In this document: one piece after another, positions 39,701 to 54,700 of the stretch
How positions within the stretch are numbered: position 1 is the first letter of the stretch
How the letters are laid out: each line of letters begins with the position of its first letter
From: Nemertoderma westbladi
Taxonomy: Eukaryota; Animalia; Xenacoelomorpha
Length of the DNA: 64,000 bases
Direction: 5' to 3'
Assembly: GCA_032718475.1 (NCBI GenBank)
Contig: JAUCBJ010002777.1
Coordinates: 64,794 to 128,793 of the forward strand
Notes under the pieces: model-generated
Seen by the model: only the letters and a program-made list of their open reading frames with translations
Told to the model about the DNA's origin: nothing
Databases searched by the model: none
Made by a program: the position numbers and the translations under genes

Positions 39701-42700
39701 ACTCACACAGATACTTTCCCTTTCCCCACTTCGAGGCTTTATTTGCACTCACACAGATACTTTACACTGCCCCCACTTCGAGGCTTTATTTGCACTCACA
39801 CAGATACTTTCCCTTTCCCCACTTCGAGGCTTTATTTGCACTCACACAGATACTTTACACTGCCCCCACTTCGAGGCTTTATTTGCACTCACACAGATAC
39901 TTTACTCTGCCCCCACTTCGAGACTTTATTTGCACTCACACAGATACTTTACACTGCCCCCACTTCGAGGCTTTATTTGCACTCACACAGATACTTTACA
40001 CGAACCCCCTTCGAGGCTTTATTTGCACTCACACAGATACTTTACACGAACCCCCTTCGATCGAGGCTTTATTTGCACTCACACAGATACTTTACACGAA
40101 CCCCCTTCGATCGAGGCTTTATTTGCACTCACACAGATACTTTACACTGCCCCCACTTCGAGGCTTTATTTGCACTCACACAGATACTTTACTCTGCCCC
40201 CCACTTCGAGGCTTTATTTGCACTCACACAGATACTTTACACGAACCCCCTTCGATCGAGGCTTTATTTGCACTCACACAGATACTTTACACGAACCCCC
40301 TTCGATCGAGGCTTTATTTGCACTCACACAGATACTTTACACGAACCCCCTTCGATCGAGGCTTTATTTGCACTCACACAGATACTTTACACTGTACTCA
40401 CGGCAACGCTTTATTTGCACTCACACAGATACTTTACACTGCCCCCACTTCGAGGCTTTATTTGCACTCACACAGATACTTTACACGAACCCCCTTCGAT
40501 CGAGGCTTTATTTGCACTCACACAGATACTTTACACGAACCCCCTTCGATCGAGGCTTTATTTGCACTCACACAGATACTTTACACGAACCCCCTTCGAT
40601 CGAGGCTTTATTTGCACTCACACAGATACTTTACACGAACCCCCTTCGATCGAGGCTTTATTTGCACTCACACAGATACTTTACACGAACCCCCTTCGAT
40701 CGAGACTTTATTTGCACTCACACAGATACTTTACACGAACCCCCTTCGATCGAGGCTTTATTTGCACTCACACAGATACTTTACACGAACCCCCTTCGAT
40801 CGAGGCTTTATTTGCACTCACACAGATACTTTACACTGTACTCACGGCAACGCTTTATTTGCACTCACACAGATACTTTACACTGCCCTCACTTCGAGGC
40901 TTTATTTGCACTCACACAGATACTTTACACGAACCCCCTTCGAGGCTTTATTTGCACTCACACAGATACTTTACACGAACCCCCTTCGATCGAGGCTTTA
41001 TTTGCACTCACACAGATACTTTACACTGCCCTCACTTCGAGGCTTTATTTGCACTCACACAGATACTTTACACGAACCCCCTTCGAGGCTTTATTTGCAC
41101 TCACACAGATACTTTACACGAACCCCCTTCGATCGAGGCTTTATTTGCACTCACACAGATACTTTACACGAACCCCCTTCGAGGCTTTATTTGCACTCAC
41201 ACAGATACTTTACACGAACCCACTTCGATCGAGGCTTTATTTACACTCACACAGATACTTTACTCTGCCCCCCACTTCGAGGCTTTATTTGCACTCACAC
41301 AGATACTTTACACGAACCCACTTCGATCGAGGCTTTATTTGCACTCACACAGATACTTTACACGAACCCACTTCGATCGAGGCTTTATTTGCACTCACAC
41401 AGATACTTTACACTGCCCCCACTTCGAGGCTTTATTTGCACTCACACAGATACTTTACACTGCCCCCACTTCGAGGCTTTATTTGCACTCACACAGATAC
41501 TTTACACTGCCCCCACTTCGAGGCTTTATTTGCACTCACACAGATACTTTACACGAACCCACTTCGATCGAGGCTTTATTTGCACTCACACAGATACTTT
41601 CCCTTTCCCCACTTCGAGGCTTTATTTACACTCACACAGATACTTTACACTGCCCCCACTTCGTGGCTTTATTTGCACTCACACAGATACTTTACACTGC
41701 CCCCACTTCGAGGCTTTATTTGCACTCACACAGATACTTTACACGAACCCACTTCGATCGAGGCTTTATTTGCACTCACACAGATACTTTACACGAACCC
41801 CCTTCGATCGAGGCTTTATTTGCACTCACACAGATACTTTACACTGCCCCCACTTCGAGGCTTTATTTGCACTCACACAGATACTTTACACGAACCCACT
41901 TCGATCGAGGCTTTATTTGCACTCACACAGATACTTTACACTGCCCCCACTTCGAGGCTTTATTTGCACTCACACAGATACTTTACACGAACCCCCTTCG
42001 ATCGAGGCTTTATTTGCACTCACACAGATACTTTACACTGCCCCCACTTCGAGGCTTTATTTGCACTCACACAGATACTTTACACGAACCCCCTTCGATC
42101 GAGGCTTTATTTGCACTCACACAGATACTTTACACTGCCCCCACTTCGAGGCTTTATTTGCACTCACACAGATACTTTACACGAACCCACTTCGATCGAG
42201 GCTTTATTTGCACTCACACAGATACTTTACACGAACCCACTTCGATCGAGGCTTTATTTGCACTCACACAGATACTTTACACGAACCCACTTCGAGGCTT
42301 TATTTACACTCACACTGATACTTTACACTGCCCCCACTTCGAGGCTTTATTTGCACTCACACAGATACTTTACACTGCCCCCACTTCGAGGCTTTATTTG
42401 CACTCACACAGATACTTTACACTGTACTCACGGCAACGCTTTATTTGCACTCACACAGATACTTTACTCTGCCCCCACTTCGAGGCTTTATTTACACTCA
42501 CACAGATACTTTACACTGCCCCCACTTCGAGGCTTTATTTGCACTCACACAGATACTTTACACTGTACTCACGGCAACGCTTTATTTGCACTCACACAGA
42601 TACTTTACACTGCCCCCACTTCGAGACTTTATTTGCACTCACACAGATACTTTACACTGCCCCCACTTCGAGGCTTTATTTGCACTCACACAGATACTTT

Positions 42701-45700
42701 ACACTGCCCCCACTTCGAGGCTTTATTTGCACTCACACAGATACTTTACACTGCCCCCACTTCGAGGCTTTATTTGCACTCACACAGATACTTTACACTG
42801 TACTCACGGCAACGCTTTATTTGCACTCACACAGATACTTTACACTGCCCCCACTTCGAGACTTTATTTGCACTCACACAGATACTTTACTCTGCCCCCA
42901 CTTCGAGACTTTATTTGCACTCACACAGATACTTTACACTGCCCCCACTTCGAGGCTTTATTTGCACTCACACAGATACTTTACACTGTACTCACGGCAA
43001 CGCTTTATTTGCACTCACACAGATACTTTACACTGCCCCCACTTCGAGACTTTATTTGCACTCACACAGATACTTTACACTGCCCCCACTTCGAGGCTTT
43101 ATTTGCACTCACACAGATACTTTACACTGCCCCCACTTCGAGGCTTTATTTGCACTCACACACAGATACTTTACACTGCCCCCACTTCGTGGCTTTATTT
43201 ACACTCACACAGATACTTTACACTGCCCCCACTTCGAGGCTTTATTTGCACTCACACAGATACTTTACACTGCCCCCACTTCGAGGCTTTATTTGCACTC
43301 ACACAGATACTTTACACGAACCCCCTTCGAGGCTTTATTTGCACTCACACAGATACTTTACACTGCCCCCACTTCGAGGCTTTATTTACACTCACACAGA
43401 TACTCTACACGAACCCCCTTCGATCGTGGCTTTATTTACACTCACACAGATACTTTACACGAACCCCCTTCGATCGTGGCTTTATTTACACTCACACAGA
43501 TACTTTACACTGCCCCCACTTCGAGGCTTTATTTGCACTCACACAGATACTTTACACTGCCCCCACTTCGAGGCTTTATTTACACTCACACAGATACTCT
43601 ACACGAACCCCCTTCGATCGTGTCTTTATTTACACTCACACAGATACTCTACACGAACCCCCTTCGATCGTGGCTTTATTTACACTCACACAGATACTTT
43701 ACACTGCCCCCACTTCGAGGCTTTATTTGCACTCACACAGATACTTTACACTGCCCCCACTTCGAGGCTTTATTTACACTCACACAGATACTCTACACGA
43801 ACCCCCTTCGATCGTGGCTTTATTTACACTCACACAGATACTTTACACGAACCCCCTTCGATCGTGGCTTTATTTACACTCACACAGATACTTTACACGA
43901 ACCCCCTTCGATCGTGGCTTTATTTACACTCACACAGATACTTTACACGAACCCCCTTCGATCGTGGCTTTATTTACACTCACACAGATACTTTACACGA
44001 ACCCCCTTCGATCGTGGCTTTATTTACACTCACACAGATACTTTACACTGCCCCCACTTCGAGGCTTTATTTGCACTCACACAGATACTTTACACTGCCC
44101 CCACTTCGAGGCTTTATTTACACTCACACAGATACTCTACACGAACCCCCTTCGATCGTGTCTTTATTTACACTCACACAGATACTCTACACGAACCCCC
44201 TTCGATCGTGGCTTTATTTACACTCACACAGATACTTTACACTGCCCCCACTTCGAGGCTTTATTTGCACTCACACAGATACTTTACACTGCCCCCACTT
44301 CGAGGCTTTATTTACACTCACACAGATACTCTACACGAACCCCCTTCGATCGTGTCTTTATTTACACTCACACAGATACTTTACATGCCCCCACTTCGTG
44401 GCTTTATTTGCACTCACACAGATACTTTACTCTGCCCCCCACTTCGAGGCTTTATTTGCACTCCCACAGATACTTTACACTGCCCCCACTTCGAGGCTTT
44501 ATTTGCACTCACACAGATACTTTACACTGCCCCCACTTCGAGGCTTTATTTGCACTCACACAGATACTTTACACTGTACTCACGGCAACGCTTTATTTGC
44601 ACTCACACAGATACTTTACACTGCCCCCACTTCGAGGCTTTATTTGCACTCACACAGATACTTTACACTGCCCCCACTTCGAGGCTTTATTTGCACTCAC
44701 ACAGATACTTTACACTGCCCCCACTTCGAGACTTTATTTGCACTCACACAGATACTTTACACTGTACTCACGGCAACGCTTTATTTGCACTCACACAGAT
44801 ACTTTACACTGTACTCACGGCAACGCTTTATTTGCACTCACACAGATACTTTACACTGCCCCCACTTCGAGACTTTATTTGCACTCACACAGATACTTTA
44901 CACTGCCCCCACTTCGAGGCTTTATTTGCACTCACACAGATACTTTACACGAACCCACTTCGATCGAGGCTTTATTTGCACTCACACAGATACTTTACAC
45001 TGCCCCCACTTCGAGGCTTTATTTGCACTCACACAGATACTTTACACTGTACTCACGGCAACGCTTTATTTGCACTCACACAGATACTTTACTCTGCCCC
45101 CACTTCGAGACTTTATTTGCACTCACACAGATACTTTACACTGCCCCCACTTCGAGGCTTTATTTGCACTCACACAGATACTTTACACTGTACTCACGGC
45201 AACGCTTTATTTGCACTCACACAGATACTTTACACTGTACTCACGGCAACGCTTTATTTGCACTCACACAGATACTTTACTCTGCCCCCACTTCGAGACT
45301 TTATTTGCACTCACACAGATACTTTACACTGCCCCCACTTCGAGACTTTATTTGCACTCACACAGATACTTTACACTGTACTCACGGCAACGCTTTATTT
45401 GCACTCACACAGATACTTTACACTGTACTCACGGCAACGCTTTATTTGCACTCACACAGATACTTTACACTGCCCCCACTTCGAGACTTTATTTGCACTC
45501 ACACAGATACTTTACACTGCCCCCACTTCGAGGCTTTATTTGCACTCACACAGATACTTTACACGAACCCACTTCGATCGAGGCTTTATTTGCACTCACA
45601 CAGATACTTTACACTGCCCCCACTTCGAGGCTTTATTTGCACTCACACAGATACTTTACACTGTACTCACGGCAACGCTTTATTTGCACTCACACAGATA

Positions 45701-48700
45701 CTTTACTCTGCCCCCACTTCGAGACTTTATTTGCACTCACACAGATACTTTACACTGCCCCCACTTCGAGGCTTTATTTGCACTCACACAGATACTTTAC
45801 ACTGTACTCACGGCAACGCTTTATTTGCACTCACACAGATACTTTACACTGCCCCCACTTCGAGACTTTATTTGCACTCACACAGATACTTTACACTGCC
45901 CCCACTTCGAGGCTTTATTTGCACTCACACAGATACTTTACACTGTACTCACGGCAACGCTTTATTTGCACTCACACAGATACTTTACACTGCCCCCACT
46001 TCGAGGCTTTATTTGCACTCACACAGATACTTTACTCTGCCCCCACTTCGAGGCTTTATTTGCACTCACATAGATACTTTACACGAACCCCCTTCGATCG
46101 AGGCTTTATTTGCACTCACACAGATACTTTACACGAACCCACTTCGAGACTATATTTGCACTCACACAGATACTTTACACGAACCCCCTTCGATCGAGGC
46201 TTTATTTGCACTCACACAGATACTTTACACTGCCCCCACTTCGAGGCTTTATTTGCACTCACACAGATACTTTACACTGCCCCCACTTCGATCGAGGCTT
46301 TATTTGCACTCACACAGATACTTTACACGAACCCCCTTCGATCGAGGCTTTATTTGCACTCACACAGATACTTTACACTGTACTCACGGCAACGCTTTAT
46401 TTGCACTCACACAGATACTTTACTCTGCCCCCACTTCGAGGCTTTATTTGCACTCACACAGATACTTTACACTGTACTCACGGCAACGCTTTATTTGCAC
46501 TCACACAGATACTTTACTCTGCCCCCACTTCGAGACTTTATTTGCACTCACACAGATACTTTACACTGCCCCCACTTCGAGGCTTTATTTGCACTCACAC
46601 AGATACTTTACACTGTACTCACGGCAACGCTTTATTTGCACTCACACAGATACTTTACACTGCCCCCACTTCGAGACTTTATTTGCACTCACACAGATAC
46701 TTTACACTGCCCCCACTTCGAGGCTTTATTTGCACTCACACAGATACTTTACACTGTACTCACGGCAACGCTTTATTTGCACTCACACAGATACTTTACA
46801 CTGCCCCCACTTCGAGGCTTTATTTGCACTCACACAGATACTTTACTCTGCCCCCACTTCGAGGCTTTATTTGCACTCACACAGATACTTTACACGAACC
46901 CCCTTCGATCGAGGCTTTATTTGCACTCACACAGATACTTTACACGAACCCCCTTCGATCGAGGCTTTATTTGCACTCACACAGATACTTTACTCTGCCC
47001 CCACTTCGAGGCTTTATTTGCACTCACACAGATACTTTACACTGCCCCCACTTCGAGGCTTTATTTGCACTCACACAGATACTTTACACTGCCCCCACTT
47101 CGAGACTTTATTTGCACTCACACAGATACTTTACACTGCCCCCACTTCGAGGCTTTATTTGCACTCACACAGATACTTTACACTGTACTCACGGCAACGC
47201 TTTATTTGCACTCACACAGATACTTTACACTGCCCCCACTTCGAGGCTTTATTTGCACTCACACAGATACTTTACTCTGCCCCCACTTCGAGGCTTTATT
47301 TGCACTCACACAGATACTTTACACGAACCCCCTTCGATCGAGGCTTTATTTGCACTCACACAGATACTTTACACGAACCCCCTTCGATCGAGGCTTTATT
47401 TGCACTCACACAGATACTTTACTCTGCCCCCACTTCGAGGCTTTATTTGCACTCACACAGATACTTTACACTGCCCCCACTTCGAGGCTTTATTTGCACT
47501 CACACAGATACTTTACACGAACCCCCTTCGATCGAGACTTTATTTGCACTCACACAGATACTTTACACTGCCCCCACTTCGAGGCTTTATTTGCACTCAC
47601 ACAGATACTTTACACGAACCCCCTTCGATCGAGACTTTATTTGCACTCACACAGATACTTTACACGAACCCCCTTCGATCGAGACTTTATTTGCACTCAC
47701 ACAGATACTTTACACTGCCCCCACTTCGAGGCTTTATTTGCACTCACACAGATACTTTACACGAACCCCCTTCGATCGAGACTTTATTTACACTCACACA
47801 GATACTTTACACTGCCCCCACTTCGAGGCTTTATTTGCACTCACACAGATACTTTACACGAACCCCCTTCGATCGAGGCTTTATTTGCACTCACACAGAT
47901 ACTTTACACTGCCCCCCACTTCGAGGCTTTATTTGCACTCACACAGATACTTTACACGAACCCCCTTCGATCGAGGCTTTATTTGCACTCACACAGATAC
48001 TTTACACTGCCCCCCACTTCGAGGCTTTATTTGCACTCACACAGATACTTTACACGAACCCCCTTCGATCGAGGCTTTATTTGCACTCACACAGATACTT
48101 TACACTGCCCCCACTTCGAGACTTTATTTACACTCACACAGATACTTTACACGAACCCCCTTCGATCGAGGCTTTATTTGCACTCACACAGATACTTTAC
48201 ACTGCCCCCACTTCGAGGCTTTATTTGCACTCACACAGATACTTTACACTGTACTCACGGCAACGCTTTATTTGCACTCACACAGATACTTTACTCTGCC
48301 CCCACTTCGAGGCTTTATTTGCACTCACACAGATACTTTACACGAACCCCCTTCGATCGAGGCTTTATTTGCACTCACACAGATACTTTACTCTGCCCCC
48401 ACTTCGAGGCTTTATTTGCACTCACACAGATACTTTACACGAACCCCCTTCGATCGAGGCTTTATTTGCACTCACACAGATACTTTACACTGCCCCCACT
48501 TCGAGACTTTATTTGCACTCACACAGATACTTTACACTGTACTCACGGCAACGCTTTATTTGCACTCACACAGATACTTTACTCTGCCCCCACTTCGAGG
48601 CTTTATTTACACTCACACAGATACTTTACACTGCCCCCACTTCGATCGAGGCTTTATTTGCACTCACACAGATACTTTACACTGCCCTCACTTCGAGACT

Positions 48701-51700
48701 TTATTTACACTCACACAGATACTTTACACGAACCCCCTTCGATCGAGGCTTTATTTGCACTCACACAGATACTTTACACTGCCCCCACTTCGAGGCTTTA
48801 TTTACACTCACACAGATACTTTACACTGCCCTCACTTCGAGACTTTATTTACACTCACACAGATACTTTACACGAACCCCCTTCGATCGAGGCTTTATTT
48901 GCACTCACACAGATACTTTACACTGCCCCCACTTCGAGGCTTTATTTGCACTCACACAGATACTTTACACTGCCCCCACTTCGTGGCTTTATTTGCACTC
49001 ACACAGATACTTTACACTGTACTCACGGCAACGCTTTATTTGCACTCACACAGATACTTTACTCTGCCCCCACTTCGAGGCTTTATTTACACTCACACAG
49101 ATACTTTACACTGCCCTCACTTCGAGACTTTATTTACACTCACACAGATACTTTACACGAACCCCCTTCGATCGAGGCTTTATTTGCACTCACACAGATA
49201 CTTTACACTGCCCCCACTTCGAGACTTTATTTGCACTCACACAGATACTTTACACTGTACTCACGGCAACGCTTTATTTGCACTCACACAGATACTTTAC
49301 ACTGCCCCCACTTCGAGGCTTTATTTGCACTCACACAGATACTTTACACTGCCCCCACTTCGAGACTTTATTTGCACTCACACAGATACTTTACACTGTA
49401 CTCACGGCAACGCTTTATTTGCACTCACACAGATACTTTACTCTGCCCCCACTTCGAGGCTTTATTTACACTCACACAGATACTTTACACTGCCCCCACT
49501 TCGATCGAGGCTTTATTTGCACTCACACAGATACTTTACACTGTACTCACGGCAACGCTTTATTTGCACTCACACAGATACTTTACACTGCCCCCACTTC
49601 GAGACTTTATTTGCACTCACACAGATACTTTACTCTGCCCCCACTTCGAGGCTTTATTTGCACTCACACAGATACTTTACACTGCCCCCACTTCGAGGCT
49701 TTATTTGCACTCACACAGATACTTTACACTGCCCCCACTTCGAGGCTTTATTTGCACTCACACAGATACTTTACACTGCCCCCACTTCGAGGCTTTATTT
49801 GCACTCACACAGATACTTTACACTGCCCCCACTTCGAGGCTTTATTTGCACTCACACAGATACTTTACACTGCCCCCACTTCGAGACTTTATTTGCACTC
49901 ACACAGATACTTTACTCTGCCCCCACTTCGAGGCTTTATTTGCACTCACACAGATACTTTACACTGCCCCCACTTCGAGGCTTTATTTGCACTCACACAG
50001 ATACTTTACACTGCCCCCACTTCGAGGCTTTATTTGCACTCACACAGATACTTTACACTGCCCCCACTTCGAGGCTTTATTTGCACTCACACAGATACTT
50101 TACACTGCCCCCACTTCGAGGCTTTATTTGCACTCACACAGATACTTTACACTGCCCCCACTTCGAGGCTTTATTTGCACTCACACAGATACTTTACACT
50201 GCCCCCACTTCGAGACTTTATTTGCACTCACACAGATACTTTACACTGTACTCACGGCAACGCTTTATTTGCACTCACACAGATACTTTACTCTGCCCCC
50301 ACTTCGAGGCTTTATTTGCACTCACACAGATACTTTACACTGCCCCCACTTCGAGGCTTTATTTGCACTCACACAGATACTTTACACTGCCCCCACTTCG
50401 AGGCTTTATTTGCACTCACACAGATACTTTACACTGCCCCCACTTCGAGGCTTTATTTGCACTCACACAGATACTTTACACTGCCCCCACTTCGAGGCTT
50501 TATTTGCACTCACACAGATACTTTACACTGCCCCCACTTCGAGGCTTTATTTGCACTCACACAGATACTTTACACTGCCCCCACTTCGAGGCTTTATTTG
50601 CACTCACACAGATACTTTACACTGCCCCCCACTTCGAGGCTTTATTTGCACTCACACAGATACTTTACACTGCCCCCACTTCGAGACTTTATTTGCACTC
50701 ACACAGATACTTTACACTGTACTCACGGCAACGCTTTATTTGCACTCACACAGATACTTTACTCTGCCCCCACTTCGAGGCTTTATTTGCACTCACACAG
50801 ATACTTTACACTGCCCCCACTTCGAGACTTTATTTGCACTCACACAGATACTTTACACTGTACTCACGGCAACGCTTTATTTGCACTCACACAGATACTT
50901 TACTCTGCCCCCACTTCGAGGCTTTATTTGCACTCACACAGATACTTTACACTGCCCCCACTTCGAGACTTTATTTGCACTCACACAGATACTTTACACT
51001 GTACTCACGGCAACGCTTTATTTGCACTCACACAGATACTTTACACTGCCCCCACTTCGAGGCTTTATTTGCACTCACACAGATACTTTACACGAACCCC
51101 CTTCGATCGAGGCTTTATTTGCACTCACACAGATACTTTACACTGCCCCCACTTCGAGGCTTTATTTGCACTCACACAGATACTTTACACTGCCCCCACT
51201 TCGAGGCTTTATTTGCACTCACACAGATACTTTACACTGCCCCCACTTCGAGGCTTTATTTGCACTCACACAGATACTTTACACTGTACTCACGGCAACG
51301 CTTTATTTGCACTCACACAGATACTTTACACTGCCCCCACTTCGAGGCTTTATTTACACTCACACAGATACTTTACACTGCCCCCACTTCGAGGCTTTAT
51401 TTGCACTCACACAGATACTTTACACTGCCCCCACTTCGAGGCTTTATTTGCACTCACACAGATACTTTACACTGCCCCCACTTCGAGGCTTTATTTGCAC
51501 TCACACAGATACTTTACACTGTACTCACGGCAACGCTTTATTTGCACTCACACAGATACTTTACACTGCCCCCACTTCGAGGCTTTATTTGCACTCACAC
51601 AGATACTTTACTCTGCCCCCACTTCGAGGCTTTATTTGCACTCACACAGACACTTTACTCTGCCCCCACTTCGAGGCTTTATTTACACTCACACAGATAC

Positions 51701-54700
51701 TTTACACTGTACTCACGGCAACGCTTTATTTGCACTCACACAGATACTTTACACTGTACTCACTTCGAGACTTTATTTGCACTCACACAGATACTTTACA
51801 CTGCCCCCACTTCGAGGCTTTATTTGCACTCACACAGATACTTTACACTGCCCCCACTTCGAGGCTTTATTTACACTCACACAGATACTTTACACTGCCC
51901 CCACTTCGAGGCTTTATTTGCACTCACACAGATACTTTCCCTTCCCCCACTTCGAGGCTTTATTTGCACTCACACAGATACTTTACACTGTACTCACGGC
52001 AACGCTTTATTTGCACTCACACAGATACTTTACACTGTACTCACTTCGAGACTTTATTTGCACTCACACAGATACTTTACACTGCCCCCACTTCGAGGCT
52101 TTATTTGCACTCACACAGATACTTTACACTGCCCCCACTTCGAGGCTTTATTTACACTCACACAGATACTTTACACTGTACTCACGGCAACGCTTTATTT
52201 GCACTCACACAGATACTTTACACTGCCCCCACTTCGAGGCTTTATTTGCACTCACACAGATACTTTACACTGCCCCCACTTCGAGGCTTTATTTGCACTC
52301 ACACAGATACTTTACACTGCCCCCACTTCGAGGCTTTATTTGCACTCACACAGATACTTTACACTGCCCCCACTTCGAGGCTTTATTTACACTCACACAG
52401 ATACTTTACACTGCCCCCACTTCGAGGCTTTATTTGCACTCACACAGATACTTTACACTGCCCCCACTTCGAGGCTTTATTTGCACTCACACAGATACTT
52501 TACACTGCCCCCACTTCGAGGCTTTATTTGCACTCACACAGATACTTTACACTGCCCCCACTTCGAGGCTTTATTTGCACTCACACAGATACTTTACACT
52601 GCCCCCACTTCGAGGCTTTATTTGCACTCACACAGATACTTTACACTGCCCCCACTTCGAGGCTTTATTTGCACTCACACAGATACTTTACACTGCCCCC
52701 ACTTCGAGGCTTTATTTGCACTCACACAGATACTTTACACTGCCCCCACTTCGAGGCTTTATTTGCACTCACACAGATACTTTACACTGCCCCCACTTCG
52801 AGGCTTTATTTACACTCACACAGATACTTTACACTGTACTCACGGCAACGCTTTATTTGCACTCACACAGATACTTTACACTGCCCCCACTTCGAGGCTT
52901 TATTTGCACTCACACAGATACTTTACACTGCCCCCACTTCGAGGCTTTATTTGCACTCACACAGATACTTTACACTGCCCCCACTTCGAGGCTTTATTTG
53001 CACTCACACAGATACTTTACACTGCCCCCACTTCGAGGCTTTATTTGCACTCACACAGATACTTTACACTGTACTCACGGCAACGCTTTATTTGCACTCA
53101 CACAGATACTTTACACTGCCCCCACTTCGAGGCTTTATTTGCACTCACACAGATACTTTACACTGCCCCCACTTCGAGGCTTTATTTGCACTCACACAGA
53201 TACTTTACACTGAACCCACTTCGAGGCTTTATTTGCACTCACACAGATACTTTACACTGCCCCCACTTCGAGGCTTTATTTGCACTCACACAGATACTTT
53301 ACACTGCCCCCACTTCGAGGCTTTATTTGCACTCCCACAGATACTTTACACTGCCCCCACTTCGAGGCTTTATTTACACTCACACAGATACTTTACACTG
53401 CCCCCACTTCGAGGCTTTATTTGCACTCACACAGATACTTTCCCTTCCCCCACTTCGAGGCTTTATTTGCACTCACACAGATACTTTACACTGTACTCAC
53501 GGCAACGCTTTATTTGCACTCACACAGATACTTTACACTGCCCCCACTTCGAGGCTTTATTTGCACTCACACAGATACTTTACACTGCCCCCACTTCGAG
53601 GCTTTATTTGCACTCACACAGATACTTTACACTGCCCCCACTTCGAGGCTTTGTTTGCACTCACACAGACACTTTACACTGCCCCCCACTTCGAGGCTTT
53701 ATTTGCACTCACACAGATACTTTACACTGCCCCCACTTCGAGGCTTTATTTGCACTCACACAGATACTTTACACTGAACCCACTTCGAGGCTTTATTTGC
53801 ACTCACACAGATACTTTACACTGCCCCCACTTCGAGGCTTTATTTGCACTCACACAGATACTTTACACTGCCCCCACTTCGAGGCTTTATTTGCACTCCC
53901 ACAGATACTTTACACGAACCCCCTTCGATCGAGGCTTTATTTGCACTCACACAGATACTTTACACTGCCCCCACTTCGAGGCTTTATTTGCACTGACACA
54001 GATACTTTACACGAACCCACTTCGATCGAGGCTTTATTTGCACTCACACAGATACTTTACACTGTACTCACGGCAACGCTTTATTTGCACTCACACAGAT
54101 ACTTTACACTGCCCCCACTTCGAGACTTTATTTGCACTCACACAGATACTTTACACTGCCCCCACTTCGAGGCTTTATTTGCACTCACACAGATACTTTA
54201 CACTGCCCCCACTTCGAGGCTTTATTTACACTCACACAGATACTTTACACTGCCCCCACTTCGAGGCTTTATTTGCACTCACACAGATACTTTCCCTTCC
54301 CCCACTTCGAGGCTTTATTTGCACTCACACAGATACTTTACACTGTACTCACGGCAACGCTTTATTTGCACTCACACAGATACTTTACACTGCCCCCACT
54401 TCGAGGCTTTATTTGCACTCACACAGATACTTTACACTGCCCCCACTTCGAGGCTTTATTTGCACTCACACAGATACTTTACACTGAACCCACTTCGAGG
54501 CTTTATTTGCACTCACACAGATACTTTACACTGCCCCCACTTCGAGGCTTTATTTGCACTCACACAGATACTTTACACTGCCCCCACTTCGAGGCTTTAT
54601 TTGCACTCCCACAGATACTTTACACGAACCCCCTTCGATCGAGGCTTTATTTGCACTCACACAGATACTTTACACTGCCCCCACTTCGAGGCTTTATTTG